The notes: generated from the letters alone by a model not told the origin. 64,000 nt of DNA from Polyangiales bacterium (GCA_044229975.1 JBGARZ010000003.1:608001-672000), one strand, 5' to 3'; positions 37,585 through 48,311 are shown, counted from the first letter of the stretch. Made by a program: numbers and translations.

Positions 37585-39037
37585 AGCAGAACCGCCCGGT
37601 CCGCCTCACCGTCCGCCACCCGGCGAACCCTCGCGCGGCCCGGGACTCACACCCGATGAGCGCGTGGGTCACCCCCCACTGCCTGAGCACGGCGTCCGCT
37701 TCGGCCGCAGAGAGCTTCCCGGCGTCGAGGTCGAAGCCCGCCCGCAGCACCTCCGCCGGGTAGCAGTCGTTGCGCGTGTCGAAGAACACCCTCACCCGCG
37801 GATAAGCCCGCTCGACGGCGTAACCCGTGAAGAAGAGCGTCACGAACATCCGCGTCCCGGCCGGCGCCGCGGCGAGCAGCGAGGCTACGTCCTCGTCGTC
37901 GTGTGTCGGGTCGACCCAGTCCCCGGGCCGTCGCTGCCCACGCGCGACCGACCAGCTCAGGGCGGCGATCACCGCGAAGACCACCACCAGCCGACGGGCC
38001 CACCCCGTCGACGACGGCCCACGCGCGACCACGGCGGCGACCCACGCCTCGACGGGCGCAGCCAGCAGCGACAGCGCGCAGAGGCCGAAGAGCTGGAGGT
38101 GGCGGTTGTGCCGCAGCGCCATCGCCAGCAGCACCGCCAGCAACACACCGCGCGGACGCCACCGACGATCGCGCAGCAACGACAGCGAGGCCAGCGCCAG
38201 GGGAGCGCCGACGACGAGCTCAAGCGGCGTGGAGACGACGCGGAGGGGCGAGCGCCAGAGCGGCCACCACTCGCGGATGCGGTCGTGGACGAGGGCGACG
38301 CTGTCATCGGAGGCACCGAGGAGATAACGGCGCACGAGGTCGTGGAGGGCGGCGCCGTAGGGGTTGGCGAAGGTCGCGACGACGGCGAGGAGCAGCGCGA
38401 GACGACGGGCGCGGCGGTCGCCGGTGGGCTCGAAGAGGGCGCACCCGGCGATGAGCAGGGCCACGGGGTAGCTGCCATGGAGGTTGGTCCAGAGGGCGGT
38501 GAGCGCGGCGTAGGCGAGCGCGTGGCGGGTGGTGAAGCGCTCGTCGAAGGCCAGGGCGACGGCCCAGAGCGCGGCGCCGAGGAGCATGCCGACGGGGCGC
38601 GGCGACTCCCAGCGCGCACCGAAGGCAAGGAAGGCCAGCGCCACCGAGAGGGCGGCAAGGCCAGGGCGGGCGTCCCGCGCGACGCGACGGAGCAGCGCGG
38701 CGACGAGCAGGAGCACCGCGACGGCCCGACCGAGCGCGAGGCCCGCGACGCCGAGCGCCCGAACGAGAGAGGCCGCGGCGGCGCCGTAGAGCCACTCGTG
38801 CATCACCCACGGGTGGGCCGGGCTCGTGAAGGAGTAGCGGTTGACGTGCGGCACTGCGCCTTCCCGCAGCAGGTCGTCGCCCGCCCGAACGATCCACCAG
38901 ATGTCCCCGTCCCACACCGGCGCGCACCCGGCCTGCCACGCCGCGAGGGCGACGAAGCAGCCACCGAGCACGGCGCCCACCCGGGGGTTGTTGGCGCGCT
39001 CCGCGAGTCGGGACCACAGCTCGGACGGCGCGCTCAC
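37571..39037 (-). CDS. GT-C-like polytopic membrane glycosyltransferase
   Basis: DIWWIVRAG...YSFT...WVMHEWL, LWTNLHGS, ANPYG, IREWWP, VFFDTRND. Confidence 0.7.
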   Translation of the reverse strand: MSAPSELWSRLAERANNPRVGAVLGGCFVALAAWQAGCAPVWDGDIWWIVRAGDDLLREGAVPHVNRYSFTSPAHPWVMHEWLYGAAAASLVRALGVAGLALGRAVAVLLLVAALLRRVARDARPGLAALSVALAFLAFGARWESPRPVGMLLGAALWAVALAFDERFTTRHALAYAALTALWTNLHGSYPVALLIAGCALFEPTGDRRARRLALLLAVVATFANPYGAALHDLVRRYLLGASDDSVALVHDRIREWWPLWRSPLRVVSTPLELVVGAPLALASLSLLRDRRWRPRGVLLAVLLAMALRHNRHLQLFGLCALSLLAAPVEAWVAAVVARGPSSTGWARRLVVVFAVIAALSWSVARGQRRPGDWVDPTHDDEDVASLLAAAPAGTRMFVTLFFTGYAVERAYPRVRVFFDTRNDCYPAEVLRAGFDLDAGKLSAAEADAVLRQWGVTHALIGCESRAARGFAGWRTVRRTGRFCSLER

Positions 39038-39112
39038 TCGGGCGAACGGTACCAGAGCCGCGCCGAGCGGTTTGCGTTGGAGCAGCGTTGCCCGCAACGT
39101 GCCGCCCACCGC

Positions 39113-40330
39113 ATGGCCTCGCAGATCCTCGTCAGCGTCATCCTCACCAGCACCCTCTCGGTCTCGTTTCCCGTCACGGTTCGCGCGCTCTTTCCTCGCT
39201 GGTCCAGCGTCCCCGGCAACCGAACCCGGCTGCGTTTGACGACCCTCGCGGTGGTGACCCTCGCGCTCGCTACCGAAGTGTATGGGCGCACCCGCGCACC
39301 CTTCGGGGGAGGTCCGCTGCGCTTCGCGGTGGGGTCGGTGCGGGCGCTGGTGTTTCTGCTCTTCGGAGCGCTGCTGGTGGCGGTGGGGGCGGAGATCGTG
39401 GGGCGGGTGCTCCAGCTCGCGCGGTGGTCGTCGCGCGCGATCCGCCATGAGGCGCCGCCCCCCGTGGATGTGGTGGAGTCACGCCGCGAGGTGCTTACCC
39501 AGGCGGCCACGGCGGGCGCGCTCGCCATCGCGGCACCGACCTTCCTGCGCGGCGGCGTCTGGAGCCGAACGGACTTCGCCGTGCACACCGTAGAGATCCA
39601 CGTCCCTGGGCTCCCGCCATCGCTGGAGGGCCTGACGCTGGTGCAGATCACCGACCTGCACCTCGGGGTCTTCACCGGACCGCGAGAGATCGGCGCCGTT
39701 ATCGACCAGGTCGAGCGCCTGCGCGGCGACCTCGTGGTCATCACTGGGGACATCCTCGACCACAACCCGCGGCACATCGGCGAGGCCATGCGCGCGCTCG
39801 CACGGTTGAAGGCGCGCGGGGGCGTTCACGCCGTGGTGGGCAACCACGACCACTACACAGGCGCGGGGGCAGTTGTGCGGGGGCTGCGCGCGGTGGGCAT
39901 CCGAACGCACGTCAACGCCTCGATGACCATCGGGCCCGATGGGGCGCGTGGGCGGGGGCTCGTTCTTGCGGGCGTCGACGACATCATGGCGCCGCGACTG
40001 GGGACGGGCGTCGGGCCCGACCTCGCCGCCGCGCTGCGGGGCCGCGACCCGGACGACCCGGTGGTGCTGCTCGCGCACAACCCGATGGTCTTCGACGACG
40101 TCGAGCACCGCGTGGCGCTCCAGCTCTCGGGGCACACCCACGGGGGACAGATCAACGCTCCGGGCGTCACCACCCGCATGCTCCCGTACGTGGCCGGGCT
40201 GTACCGCCACGGCGACGCGACGCTCTTCGTCTCCCGGGGCATCGGGACGACGGGGCCGCCGTTGCGCATCAACGCTCGGCCCGAGGTGGTGCGGGTGGCG
40301 CTCACGGGTCGGCCCGTCCGTTCGGGCTGA
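39113..40330 (+). CDS. Membrane metallophosphoesterase (YkuE-like)
   Basis: TDLHLG, ITGD, GNHD, LAHNP, LSGHTHGGQ, VSRGIG. Confidence 0.92.
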   Translation: MASQILVSVILTSTLSVSFPVTVRALFPRWSSVPGNRTRLRLTTLAVVTLALATEVYGRTRAPFGGGPLRFAVGSVRALVFLLFGALLVAVGAEIVGRVLQLARWSSRAIRHEAPPPVDVVESRREVLTQAATAGALAIAAPTFLRGGVWSRTDFAVHTVEIHVPGLPPSLEGLTLVQITDLHLGVFTGPREIGAVIDQVERLRGDLVVITGDILDHNPRHIGEAMRALARLKARGGVHAVVGNHDHYTGAGAVVRGLRAVGIRTHVNASMTIGPDGARGRGLVLAGVDDIMAPRLGTGVGPDLAAALRGRDPDDPVVLLAHNPMVFDDVEHRVALQLSGHTHGGQINAPGVTTRMLPYVAGLYRHGDATLFVSRGIGTTGPPLRINARPEVVRVALTGRPVRSG

Positions 40331-40429
40331 GCTTCGACGCGTCGAAGGTTGTCGATTCGCCGCGCGGGGACTGGTGTTATCGTCGGCGACGCACCGGCCC
40401 CGACGGGGTCGTGCTTCGAGGTGAGACGA

Positions 40430-42130
40430 GTGAGCAAGCCCAACGCAGCCCAGAAATCCAGTGACACCTACCTCGGCCGAGTGGTCGCGGGCCGCTACCG
40501 GCTCGAAGCGCGCATCGGGGAGGGCGGCATGGGCGTCGTCTACCGCGCGCGGCACGTCCTCATCGAACGCGTGGTGGCGCTCAAGCTCATCCGCCCCGAC
40601 CTGCGCGGCGAGACGCACCTGCGGGCGTGGATGCTCCGCGAGGCGCGCGCCGCCAACCGCGTCGACCACGCCCACATCGTGGACATCCACGACATCGGCG
40701 AGACCGAGGAGGGCGAGCTCTACCTGGTGATGGAGTACCTCGTGGGCACGCCCCTCTCGGCGGAGATCGCCAAGGGGCAGTTTCCGCAGGTGCGCGCCAT
40801 CGACGTGCTGGAGCAGATGTCCGCCGCGCTCGGCCGCGCCCACGACCTCGGCGTCGTGCACCGCGACCTCAAGAGCGACAACATCATGTGCACCAACCGC
40901 GGGGGCCGGAAGGACTTCGTGAAGATCCTCGACTTCGGGCTGGCGCACCTCGCGCGCGACCCGCGCCTCGCCCCCAAGGGCGCGGTGTTCGGAACGCCCG
41001 AGTACATGTCCCCCGAGCAGGCGAAGGGCGAAGAGGCGACCGCGCAGAGCGACCTGTACTCGCTGGGCGTGCTGCTCTTCGAGATGATGACGGGGCAGCT
41101 CCCGTTCCGCTCGCACGACCGCGACGCGCTGCTGGAGATGCAGCGCAGCGCCAACCCGGTGAACCCGAAGACGCTGCGCCCCGACCTCCACCCCGAGGCC
41201 GAGAAGATCATCCTCAAGCTGCTCCAGAAGTCCGCCGACCGTCGGTACAAGGACGCCCACCACCTTCAGGAAGACCTGAAGGCGCTCCAGCGCGCGCTGC
41301 CGTCGGCCCCGTGGGAAGTGGTTGCCGGTGGAGCCGAAGGTCCGGCGCCGGCGCCTCCCCCGCCGCCCGCGCCGTCGCCCGGCGTGGCGGAGTGGGCGAC
41401 CCGCGCGGCGCACTTCGGTCGCATGGTGTCGCGTGCGTACCCGGGCGGCGACGCGCCGCAGGAGGTCACCCAGGCGCTCGAAGAGGTGTGGCTGCTGGCC
41501 AACCGCGCCTCGCGGCTGGAGGGCGAGGTCGCCTCGCACATGCGCAAGCTGGAGGCGCTGGAGCGCCGCGGTCGGGCGCTGCGCGCGGAGATCGGCCGCA
41601 AGGTCGAGGAGCTCGCGCAGGAGGAGAGCCGCGCGTTGCGTGAGGCGTCGGCCGAAAACGAGGTGGTCGCGCAGGTGCGCGAGCGGCTCGTGGCGGGTGA
41701 GAAGGCCGTGGTGCAGAACCGCTCAGCGGCCGACACGGCCGAGCGGCAGGGGTTGCCGTTGGCGCAGCTGCGGACGGTGTTCGAGCGGGCGGGGCAGGCG
41801 CAGGCGCACGTCGATGCGCGGCGCGAGCTGCTGGCCGAGCACGAGATGCGGGCGGCCCGGAAGGACGCGCAGGCGCGTGACCTGCGGCGGCAGATCGAGG
41901 AGCTGCGCGGGCAGCTCGCGCGCTACGCCGAGGCGATGGAGGAAGACCTCGCGCAGGGTCGCGAGAAGGTGGCCGAGCGCACGCGGCAGGGCCTCGGGTA
42001 CGAGCGGTCGTTCGCGGAGAGCACGGACGTGCTGATGCGCCACCTGCGGGGCAAGCCCGAGTGCCGCGACCTGCTCGAAGAGCTGGCCCGCGACGCGGCG
42101 AGAGGTCCGCAAGCGGGCGCTGGTCAGTGA
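40430..42130 (+). CDS. Cytoplasmic Ser/Thr kinase with C-terminal coiled coil
   Basis: GEGGMGVVY, HRDLKSDN, DFGLA, GTPEYMSPE; long E/R/A-rich helical tail without a TM. Confidence 0.93.
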   Translation: MSKPNAAQKSSDTYLGRVVAGRYRLEARIGEGGMGVVYRARHVLIERVVALKLIRPDLRGETHLRAWMLREARAANRVDHAHIVDIHDIGETEEGELYLVMEYLVGTPLSAEIAKGQFPQVRAIDVLEQMSAALGRAHDLGVVHRDLKSDNIMCTNRGGRKDFVKILDFGLAHLARDPRLAPKGAVFGTPEYMSPEQAKGEEATAQSDLYSLGVLLFEMMTGQLPFRSHDRDALLEMQRSANPVNPKTLRPDLHPEAEKIILKLLQKSADRRYKDAHHLQEDLKALQRALPSAPWEVVAGGAEGPAPAPPPPPAPSPGVAEWATRAAHFGRMVSRAYPGGDAPQEVTQALEEVWLLANRASRLEGEVASHMRKLEALERRGRALRAEIGRKVEELAQEESRALREASAENEVVAQVRERLVAGEKAVVQNRSAADTAERQGLPLAQLRTVFERAGQAQAHVDARRELLAEHEMRAARKDAQARDLRRQIEELRGQLARYAEAMEEDLAQGREKVAERTRQGLGYERSFAESTDVLMRHLRGKPECRDLLEELARDAARGPQAGAGQ

Positions 42131-42762
42131 GCGCCGCGGTCAGCGCGCGCGGCCCCAGGGGCGGCGACAAGCGGGACCGCATCCTGAAGGCCGCGGTGAA
42201 GGTGTTCGCCCGCAAGGGGTTCTACGCCTCGCGGGTGAGCGAGATCGCGAAGGCCGCGGGCGTCGCCGACGGCACCATCTACCTGTACTTCAAGAGCAAG
42301 GACGAGCTCCTCACGCAGCTCTTCGAAGACCGCATCGTGCGGCTCATCACGCTGCTGCGCGAGGAGTGCGCTCGCCTCGACAACGGCCCCGACCGGGTGC
42401 GTCGGCTGGTGGAGTTCCAGCTCGGGTTGCTGGAGGGAGAGCGCGACCTCGCCGAGGTCATCACGGTCAACCTCCGGCAGTCGTCGCGGCTGCTCAAGCA
42501 GTACGCGTCCAAGCGCTTCGGCGAGTACCTCGACCTCATGGCCGCGGTCATCGCCGACGGGCAGCGCGCGGGCGAGCTTCGTAGCGACGTGTCACCCCGC
42601 ATCATGGCGCGAGTGATCTTCGGCGGCCTCGACGGCATCGCGATGACCTGGGCCCTCGGCAGCGCCGAGGCGGGCAGCCTGCGACGGGCGGGGACGCAGT
42701 TCGCGGACGTGCTCCTCGACGGGCTGCGCGCGACGCCGGCCAACCGTTCGCCGGAGACCTGA
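42127..42762 (+). CDS. TetR/AcrR-family regulator
   Basis: ILKAAVKVFARKGF..IAKAAGVADGTIYLYFKSKDEL; GTGA overlap with the kinase stop. Confidence 0.93.
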   Translation: MSAAVSARGPRGGDKRDRILKAAVKVFARKGFYASRVSEIAKAAGVADGTIYLYFKSKDELLTQLFEDRIVRLITLLREECARLDNGPDRVRRLVEFQLGLLEGERDLAEVITVNLRQSSRLLKQYASKRFGEYLDLMAAVIADGQRAGELRSDVSPRIMARVIFGGLDGIAMTWALGSAEAGSLRRAGTQFADVLLDGLRATPANRSPET

Positions 42763-42765
42763 GCG

Positions 42766-43185
42766 GTGCGGCGGGCGCTCACCCTGGCCGTGCTGCTGGG
42801 CCTCGGCCCGGGCTGCGCGATGGTGCACGCCAACGCCACGCCGACGAGCAGCGAGGTGCTGCCCTACCACCACGGTGCGGTGAGGGTGAGCGCGCTCGCC
42901 GACCCGCGCGGCGCACGCGAGCTCGGGGCCGTCGAGGTGTCGGGCGAAGACACCCTGGACGTGCTGATGGCCGCCCTCATCGAGCAGGTGCGCAGCCTCG
43001 GCGGCAACGTCGCGCGCATCGACGGCGTGGTGCCCATGGTGGAGACCCGCATGCGCACCGCGGTGCAGGCGGTGCCGTGCTTCGGGATGCGCTTTCAGGC
43101 CGGGTGCTCGCAGACCTTCGTGACACCAGAGGAGGTCCCGATGCTGCGCATCACCGGACGGGCCATGCGGGTCGATCGCCCATGA
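42766..43185 (+). CDS. Small lipoprotein (YbjQ/RcsF-like fold)
   Basis: Signal ending GPGC; ELGAVEV...LIEQVRSLGGN...TGRAMR. Confidence 0.6.
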   Translation: MRRALTLAVLLGLGPGCAMVHANATPTSSEVLPYHHGAVRVSALADPRGARELGAVEVSGEDTLDVLMAALIEQVRSLGGNVARIDGVVPMVETRMRTAVQAVPCFGMRFQAGCSQTFVTPEEVPMLRITGRAMRVDRP

Positions 43186-43640
43186 AGCGCGCCCTCGCCC
43201 TCGCGGCGCTGCTCAACCTCGGGTGCGGGTCGACGGTGGTGCAGCGCTACCTGCTCGACGCGCCGGGGCGCCCACACACCGGCGAGGTGCGGGTCATCCT
43301 CCAGGACGAGCGCACGCCGCGCGGTGGCACCGTCGCGCTGGTGCGGGTCGTCGCGCGCGGGCCCGACGCCGACCTGCCGCACCTCATCGACGCCTTCCGC
43401 GCCGAGGCCCGCTCGCTGGGCTGCTCGGCGGTGGTCGGCGTTCGCATCGCCCGCGCGATCTCCACCGCCACTGCGATCGGATACGCCGTGCGACGGGTCC
43501 CGTCAGCCCGCGAGAGACGCGACGAGGCGGCGCCGTGGTCCCCTCCCCCGACGCTCCCCACCGCGGGTGATTCTGTCGAGACAACGCCACCCGCGACGCC
43601 CGTCGAGACGACGGCGCCGGCGCCCTGGTCAGCGCCCTGA
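43182..43640 (+). CDS. Small lipoprotein (YbjQ/RcsF-like fold), paralog-like to the upstream gene
   Basis: Lipobox NLGC; FRAEARSLGCSAVVGV...IGYAVR. Confidence 0.6.
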   Translation: MKRALALAALLNLGCGSTVVQRYLLDAPGRPHTGEVRVILQDERTPRGGTVALVRVVARGPDADLPHLIDAFRAEARSLGCSAVVGVRIARAISTATAIGYAVRRVPSARERRDEAAPWSPPPTLPTAGDSVETTPPATPVETTAPAPWSAP

Positions 43641-45344
43641 CTCGACGGCTGGTGCGGCGCAGGTTCGGGCCCGCGCAGCGTCGGGGGTGAGCACGCCAAC
43701 CGTGCCTCCGAGCGCGCGGAGACGCTGCCCGTTGCCCGCCGCACCGACGGCGGCCAGCACCGCGTCGTAGTAGAGCGCGGCGTTCTCGGTCGGAGCACGG
43801 TCGGAGCGCGCGCAGCTCACCTGGAGAAACGACCCGTACGCCCCCGACGCCGCGGCGCCCACCCAATGGGAGGTGGCGTCCGGTGGCAGCGACCGCGCGT
43901 CGATGATCCACTGCCCGCCGCGGGTCGTCGCCGCCCCCCACCGGCGCTGGGCCTCCTCGTCGAAGAACCCCGCCAGCACATGCCCGCTCGGCGCCTCGCC
44001 CGCGCGCACCGCGACCACGCCGCGGCGTCCGAGCGCCGCCCGCAGTGCCGCCTCCAGCGCAGGGTCTGGCGGAAGCGTCGGGAGGTGCAGCACCACACGC
44101 CGCGCCCGGTGCTCGGCCGCCGCCGTCGCGAGCGCCTCGGCCCTCGCGGCGAGCGTCGGACCCACCGCCGTCGCGCTCTGCTCCGCGGGCGTCGGCAGCC
44201 ACAGCGCGACGCCCTGCGCCCGTGCCGCTGTCACCGCGGCGGCGACGTTGGCGTCCATGCTGGGCCCCACGACGGCCGACGCGCCGCGCGCTCGCAGCGA
44301 TTGCACCAGCTCATCGATGCCGATCGTCGGCGGGCGCCCGACGGCCGCGCGCCGCGCCAGCGCCTGGCTCTCGTCCGCCAGGATGAGCTCGACGTGGCTC
44401 ACCCCCTCCAGCGCCTGCTGCGCCGCGCGCACGGCCTCGGCGCCCACGTTGGCGACCGCGCCGGACAGCGGCGCGAGGATGCCGATGCGCAGCGTCGGTG
44501 CGCCGACTCCTGCGGTCGTCGGTCGGATGGCGGCCTCGTCGTCGGGCAGATCGGCCAGGTGGCTCATCCAGGCGCGCACCTCGCCCCGCGCCTCGGCCAC
44601 TTCGCGCAGACGGCGCGCGAGCGGCGTGCGCCACGGGTGTCCCGACGGCAGCGCATCGAGCACCGCCGCGATCTCCGCGGGCTCCTCCACCCGCGCCAGC
44701 ACCTCCTCGAAGCGCGCCGTCCTCGTGGCCGATGCGTCGCACGCGAGCCCCGTCGGGGCCCATCGAACGCCCCGCTCGACGGCCCCCTCCACCCGCGCCA
44801 GCGCCTCCAACGACTGCGCCCCGGAGGCCGACACGGCGGCCAGCGCGCAGTTGGCCTCGACGACGTCCTGCGGGTCGACGAAGCGACCGCGCAGCGACGC
44901 CATCGAGCGGGCGAGCGCCGGGTCGGCCCGCCCGTCGCGCGCCGTCGCCAGCGCGGTCACCAGCGAGCATCGCAGCTCCAGCGCGGCGTCGAGCGCGGCG
45001 GGCAGCGATGCGATGCGGCCGCGGGCCCGGGTCACGCCGTCGGCGCCGGGCGTCGCGAGGTCGAGGCGGGCGAGGCGCAGCGAGGCGTAGTGCCCGAGCG
45101 CGTCGTCGGGGTGGGCGCGTTGCAGCGCCTCCCAGAGCTCTCCAGCCCGCGCGAGAGACCCCTCGGCCAGCGCTCGCTCGGCCGCGCGGATGGCGGTGTC
45201 GTCGGCGACCGTCGCGCCCAGGCTGGTGGCCAATCGACCCGGTGGTGGTGCGCTCGTGCACGCGCCCAGCACCACGAGGGCACCCGCGAGGCGCCGTCGC
45301 CGCGGGGTGGTCGGGCGCCAGTGGGTGGGACGTCGGCCGTGCAC
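43629..45344 (-). CDS. LpoA/LppC-like lipoprotein (helical N-terminus + type I periplasmic-binding fold)
   Basis: Lipobox LGAC; LRIGILAPLSG, AVVGP, AALYYDA; start uncertain. Confidence 0.55.
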   Translation of the reverse strand: MHGRRPTHWRPTTPRRRRLAGALVVLGACTSAPPPGRLATSLGATVADDTAIRAAERALAEGSLARAGELWEALQRAHPDDALGHYASLRLARLDLATPGADGVTRARGRIASLPAALDAALELRCSLVTALATARDGRADPALARSMASLRGRFVDPQDVVEANCALAAVSASGAQSLEALARVEGAVERGVRWAPTGLACDASATRTARFEEVLARVEEPAEIAAVLDALPSGHPWRTPLARRLREVAEARGEVRAWMSHLADLPDDEAAIRPTTAGVGAPTLRIGILAPLSGAVANVGAEAVRAAQQALEGVSHVELILADESQALARRAAVGRPPTIGIDELVQSLRARGASAVVGPSMDANVAAAVTAARAQGVALWLPTPAEQSATAVGPTLAARAEALATAAAEHRARRVVLHLPTLPPDPALEAALRAALGRRGVVAVRAGEAPSGHVLAGFFDEEAQRRWGAATTRGGQWIIDARSLPPDATSHWVGAAASGAYGSFLQVSCARSDRAPTENAALYYDAVLAAVGAAGNGQRLRALGGTVGVLTPDAARARTCAAPAVESGR

Positions 45345-45432
45345 GCCCCCGCACTCATCACGGATTCCTCGGCGTTCATCAAGCGCGCGACGAGGCTTGA
45401 CGGGCTGCGCGACGCACCGCTACGACCCGCCC

Positions 45433-46206
45433 GTGTCCGCGCACGCCACGACCACCGACGCGCCCGACCCGCGGCGCTTCCTGCTCCGTCGGCTGCACTC
45501 GCTCTGCGGCGTGCTGCCCATCGGCGCCTTCCTCGTCGTGCACCTCTGGACCAACCTCAGCGCCATCCGCGGCCGCGGTGCCTTCCGCCACGCCGTCGGC
45601 GACATCCAGAGCATCCCCGCGCTCCCGGCCATCGAGGTCGCGGCCATCCTCGCGCCGCTGGCCTTCCACGCCTTCTACGGCCTCGTCATCGCGGCCCAGG
45701 CCCGCTTCAACGTCCAGGGCTACGGCTATCAGCGCAACTGGCTCTTCGTGCTCCAGCGCGTGACGGGCCTCGTGGCCTTCGCGTTCATCGTGGTGCACCT
45801 GGGGCAGTTTCGCGTCGCCAAGCTCACGGGCGCGCTGCACTGGGAGGCCTTCTACGATCGCCTCGCGACGCTGCTCGGCTCGCCCGGCATGTTCGTGGTC
45901 TACCTTCTCGGCGTCACGGCCTCGGTCTTCCACTTCGCCAACGGCTTGTGGACCGCCACGCAGACCTGGGGTCTCGCCTCGTCCGTGATGGCCCGGCGCC
46001 GCGCCGCGTACGCCTTCGCCATCGTCGGGGTGGCGCTCTGGCTGGTCGGCGTCGACACCCTTCTGCACTTCTTCTATCGCTGCGGGGGAGTTCTCCCGTG
46101 GCCCGGCCCGAGCCCGGAGACCCTCTGCCGCGATGCCGACATGGTGCGCGCGATGGTCGACGGCGAGGGCGCTCCCCTATACCTTGTCGCCCGCCTGAAC
46201 CCATAG
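45433..46206 (+). CDS. sdhC: Succinate dehydrogenase cytochrome b558 subunit (Bacillus type)
   Basis: LRRLHSLCGVLP, HLWTN, FHAFYG, LQRVTG, FHFANGLW; upstream of sdhAB. Confidence 0.92.
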   Translation: MSAHATTTDAPDPRRFLLRRLHSLCGVLPIGAFLVVHLWTNLSAIRGRGAFRHAVGDIQSIPALPAIEVAAILAPLAFHAFYGLVIAAQARFNVQGYGYQRNWLFVLQRVTGLVAFAFIVVHLGQFRVAKLTGALHWEAFYDRLATLLGSPGMFVVYLLGVTASVFHFANGLWTATQTWGLASSVMARRRAAYAFAIVGVALWLVGVDTLLHFFYRCGGVLPWPGPSPETLCRDADMVRAMVDGEGAPLYLVARLNP

Positions 46207-46283
46207 ATCGACGTCGTCGACGACGCCCCACCACGCCGGGCGCCAGTGCACGACGCAACCGCTAGCGAAGGAACACCCACCGG

Positions 46284-48281
46284 ATGGCAGCGAAGTCTTC
46301 AATCCTCACGCAGTCCGGCCAGGTGCGCCGGGCCATCGTCGTCGGCGGCGGTCTCGGCGGCCTGATGACCGTGATCAAGCTCTGCGAAGCAGGCATCCCG
46401 GTCGACATCTTGTCGCTGGTGCCGGTGAAGCGCTCGCACTCGGTCTGCGCGCAAGGCGGCATCAACGCCTCCGTCAACGTGAAGGGCGAAGGGGACTCCC
46501 CCTACACGCACTTCTACGAGACCGTGAAGGGCGGCGACTTCCTCGCCAACCAGCCGCCGTGCAAGGGCATGGCGGACGCGGCGCCGGGTATCGTCTTCAT
46601 GCTCGACCGCATGGGCGTGCCCTTCAACCGCACCCCCGAGGGCAACCTCGACTTCCGTCGCTTCGGCGGAACGCTCTTCCACCGCACGGCCTTCGCGGGC
46701 GCGACCACGGGGCAGCAGCTCCTGTACGCCCTCGACGAGCAGGTGCGGCGCTACGAGACCATCGACGTCGAGGACGAGCGCGGCGTCACGGTGCCGGGCG
46801 AGAAGATGGTGCGGAAGTTCGAGTTCTGGGACCTCGCGGGTCTCATCCTCGACGAAGGCGGCGTGTGCCGCGGCGTCGTCGCGCAGGACCTCAAGAACGG
46901 CGAGATGCGCTCCTTCCGCGGCGACGCGGTGTGCCTCGCGACGGGCGGTCCCGGTCTGGTGTTTGGTCGCAGCACCAACTCGGTGATCAACACCGGGTCG
47001 GCCGCGGCCATCGCCTACAAGCAGGGCGCGATCTACGGCAACGGCGAGTTCATCCAGGTGCACCCGACGGCGATTCCCGCGGCCGACAAGCTGCGGCTCA
47101 TCTCGGAGAGCGTGCGCGGCGAGGGCGGCCGCATTTGGGTCCCCAAGGACCGCAAGGACCGCCGCCAGGGCAAGGACATCCCCGAGGGCGAGCGGTACTA
47201 CTTCCTCGAAGAGCGGTACCCGAAGTACCGCAACCTCGTGCCGCGCGACATCGCGTCGCGCGAGATCTTCCGCACGGTCATCCACGAGGGCTACAGCGCC
47301 GAGGGCGAGCAGGCCGCCTACCTGGACGTGACGCACCTCTGCAAGACGCCGTCGGGCAAGGTCGCCGTGCGCAAGAAGCTCGAAGGCGTGCTGGAGATCT
47401 ACGAGAAGTTCGCGGGGCAGGACCCGTACGAGAACCCGATGAAGATCTTCCCGGCCGTCCACTACTCGATGGGCGGCCTGTGGGTGGACTTCGAGAAGGG
47501 CGCCGACGGGTCGCTCAAGCCGGGCTCGGCGCGCAACCAGTCGACCAACATCCCCGGGCTCTACGCGACGGGCGAGTCGGACTACCAGTACCACGGCGCC
47601 AATCGCCTCGGCGCCAACTCCCTGCTCTCGTGCATCTACGGAGGGATGGTCACCGGCCCCGCGATGGCGACGTGGCGCGAGTCGCAGAACAAGAGCGCGT
47701 TCGACCTGTCGTCGACGCTCTTCGACAGCGAGCTCAAGCGTCGCGTGGACGAGTACGCCGTGCTCGGCAGCCGCACGGGCAGCGAGTTCACGGTCAACCC
47801 CTACCAGCTCCACGAGAAGCTGGGCGAGATGATGCTCCAGAAGGTCACCGTCGAGCGCCACAACGACGAGCTCGACGACGTCATCACGACCATCCAGGAG
47901 ATGAAGGCGCAGTGGAAGAAGTGCGCCTCGCTCGACCCGAGCGCGAAGGGCACCATCAACCAGCCGCAGGTGTTTCTCCGTCACCTCGACGGGATGCTGG
48001 CGCTGGCGGAGATCACCGCGGTGGGAGCGCGGGCGCGCGAGGAGTGCCGCGGGGCGCACTACAAGCCGGAGCTCGACCCGGAGCTGCACCCGGACGATCC
48101 GAAGGCCGTCGGGCGCGACGACGCCAACTGGCTCAAGACCACGCTCGCGACCTTCGACGGCGACCGGCCGAAGCTCTCGTACGAGGCGGTGGACGTGTCG
48201 CTCGAACCGCTCGCCAAGCGCGACTACGGCAAGGTGAGCACCACGGCGAAGAAGCCCGACGCCCCGGCCGCGGCCAAGTGA
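46284..48281 (+). CDS. sdhA: Succinate dehydrogenase flavoprotein subunit
   Basis: VGGGLGG, RSHSVCAQGG, QVHPT, SESVRGEG, HYSMGG, HGANRLGANSL. Confidence 0.97.
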   Translation: MAAKSSILTQSGQVRRAIVVGGGLGGLMTVIKLCEAGIPVDILSLVPVKRSHSVCAQGGINASVNVKGEGDSPYTHFYETVKGGDFLANQPPCKGMADAAPGIVFMLDRMGVPFNRTPEGNLDFRRFGGTLFHRTAFAGATTGQQLLYALDEQVRRYETIDVEDERGVTVPGEKMVRKFEFWDLAGLILDEGGVCRGVVAQDLKNGEMRSFRGDAVCLATGGPGLVFGRSTNSVINTGSAAAIAYKQGAIYGNGEFIQVHPTAIPAADKLRLISESVRGEGGRIWVPKDRKDRRQGKDIPEGERYYFLEERYPKYRNLVPRDIASREIFRTVIHEGYSAEGEQAAYLDVTHLCKTPSGKVAVRKKLEGVLEIYEKFAGQDPYENPMKIFPAVHYSMGGLWVDFEKGADGSLKPGSARNQSTNIPGLYATGESDYQYHGANRLGANSLLSCIYGGMVTGPAMATWRESQNKSAFDLSSTLFDSELKRRVDEYAVLGSRTGSEFTVNPYQLHEKLGEMMLQKVTVERHNDELDDVITTIQEMKAQWKKCASLDPSAKGTINQPQVFLRHLDGMLALAEITAVGARAREECRGAHYKPELDPELHPDDPKAVGRDDANWLKTTLATFDGDRPKLSYEAVDVSLEPLAKRDYGKVSTTAKKPDAPAAAK

Positions 48282-48311
48282 CAAGAGATCGTTGAAGGAG
48301 GAAGAACGCTG

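Noticed and set aside
37256..39112. N-terminal part of the 1024-aa ORF and other ORFs reading through the 42-bp repeat
   Set aside because: They are antisense to the glycosyltransferase or cross a repeat with a 1-bp deletion; the real metallophosphoesterase starts at ~39113.
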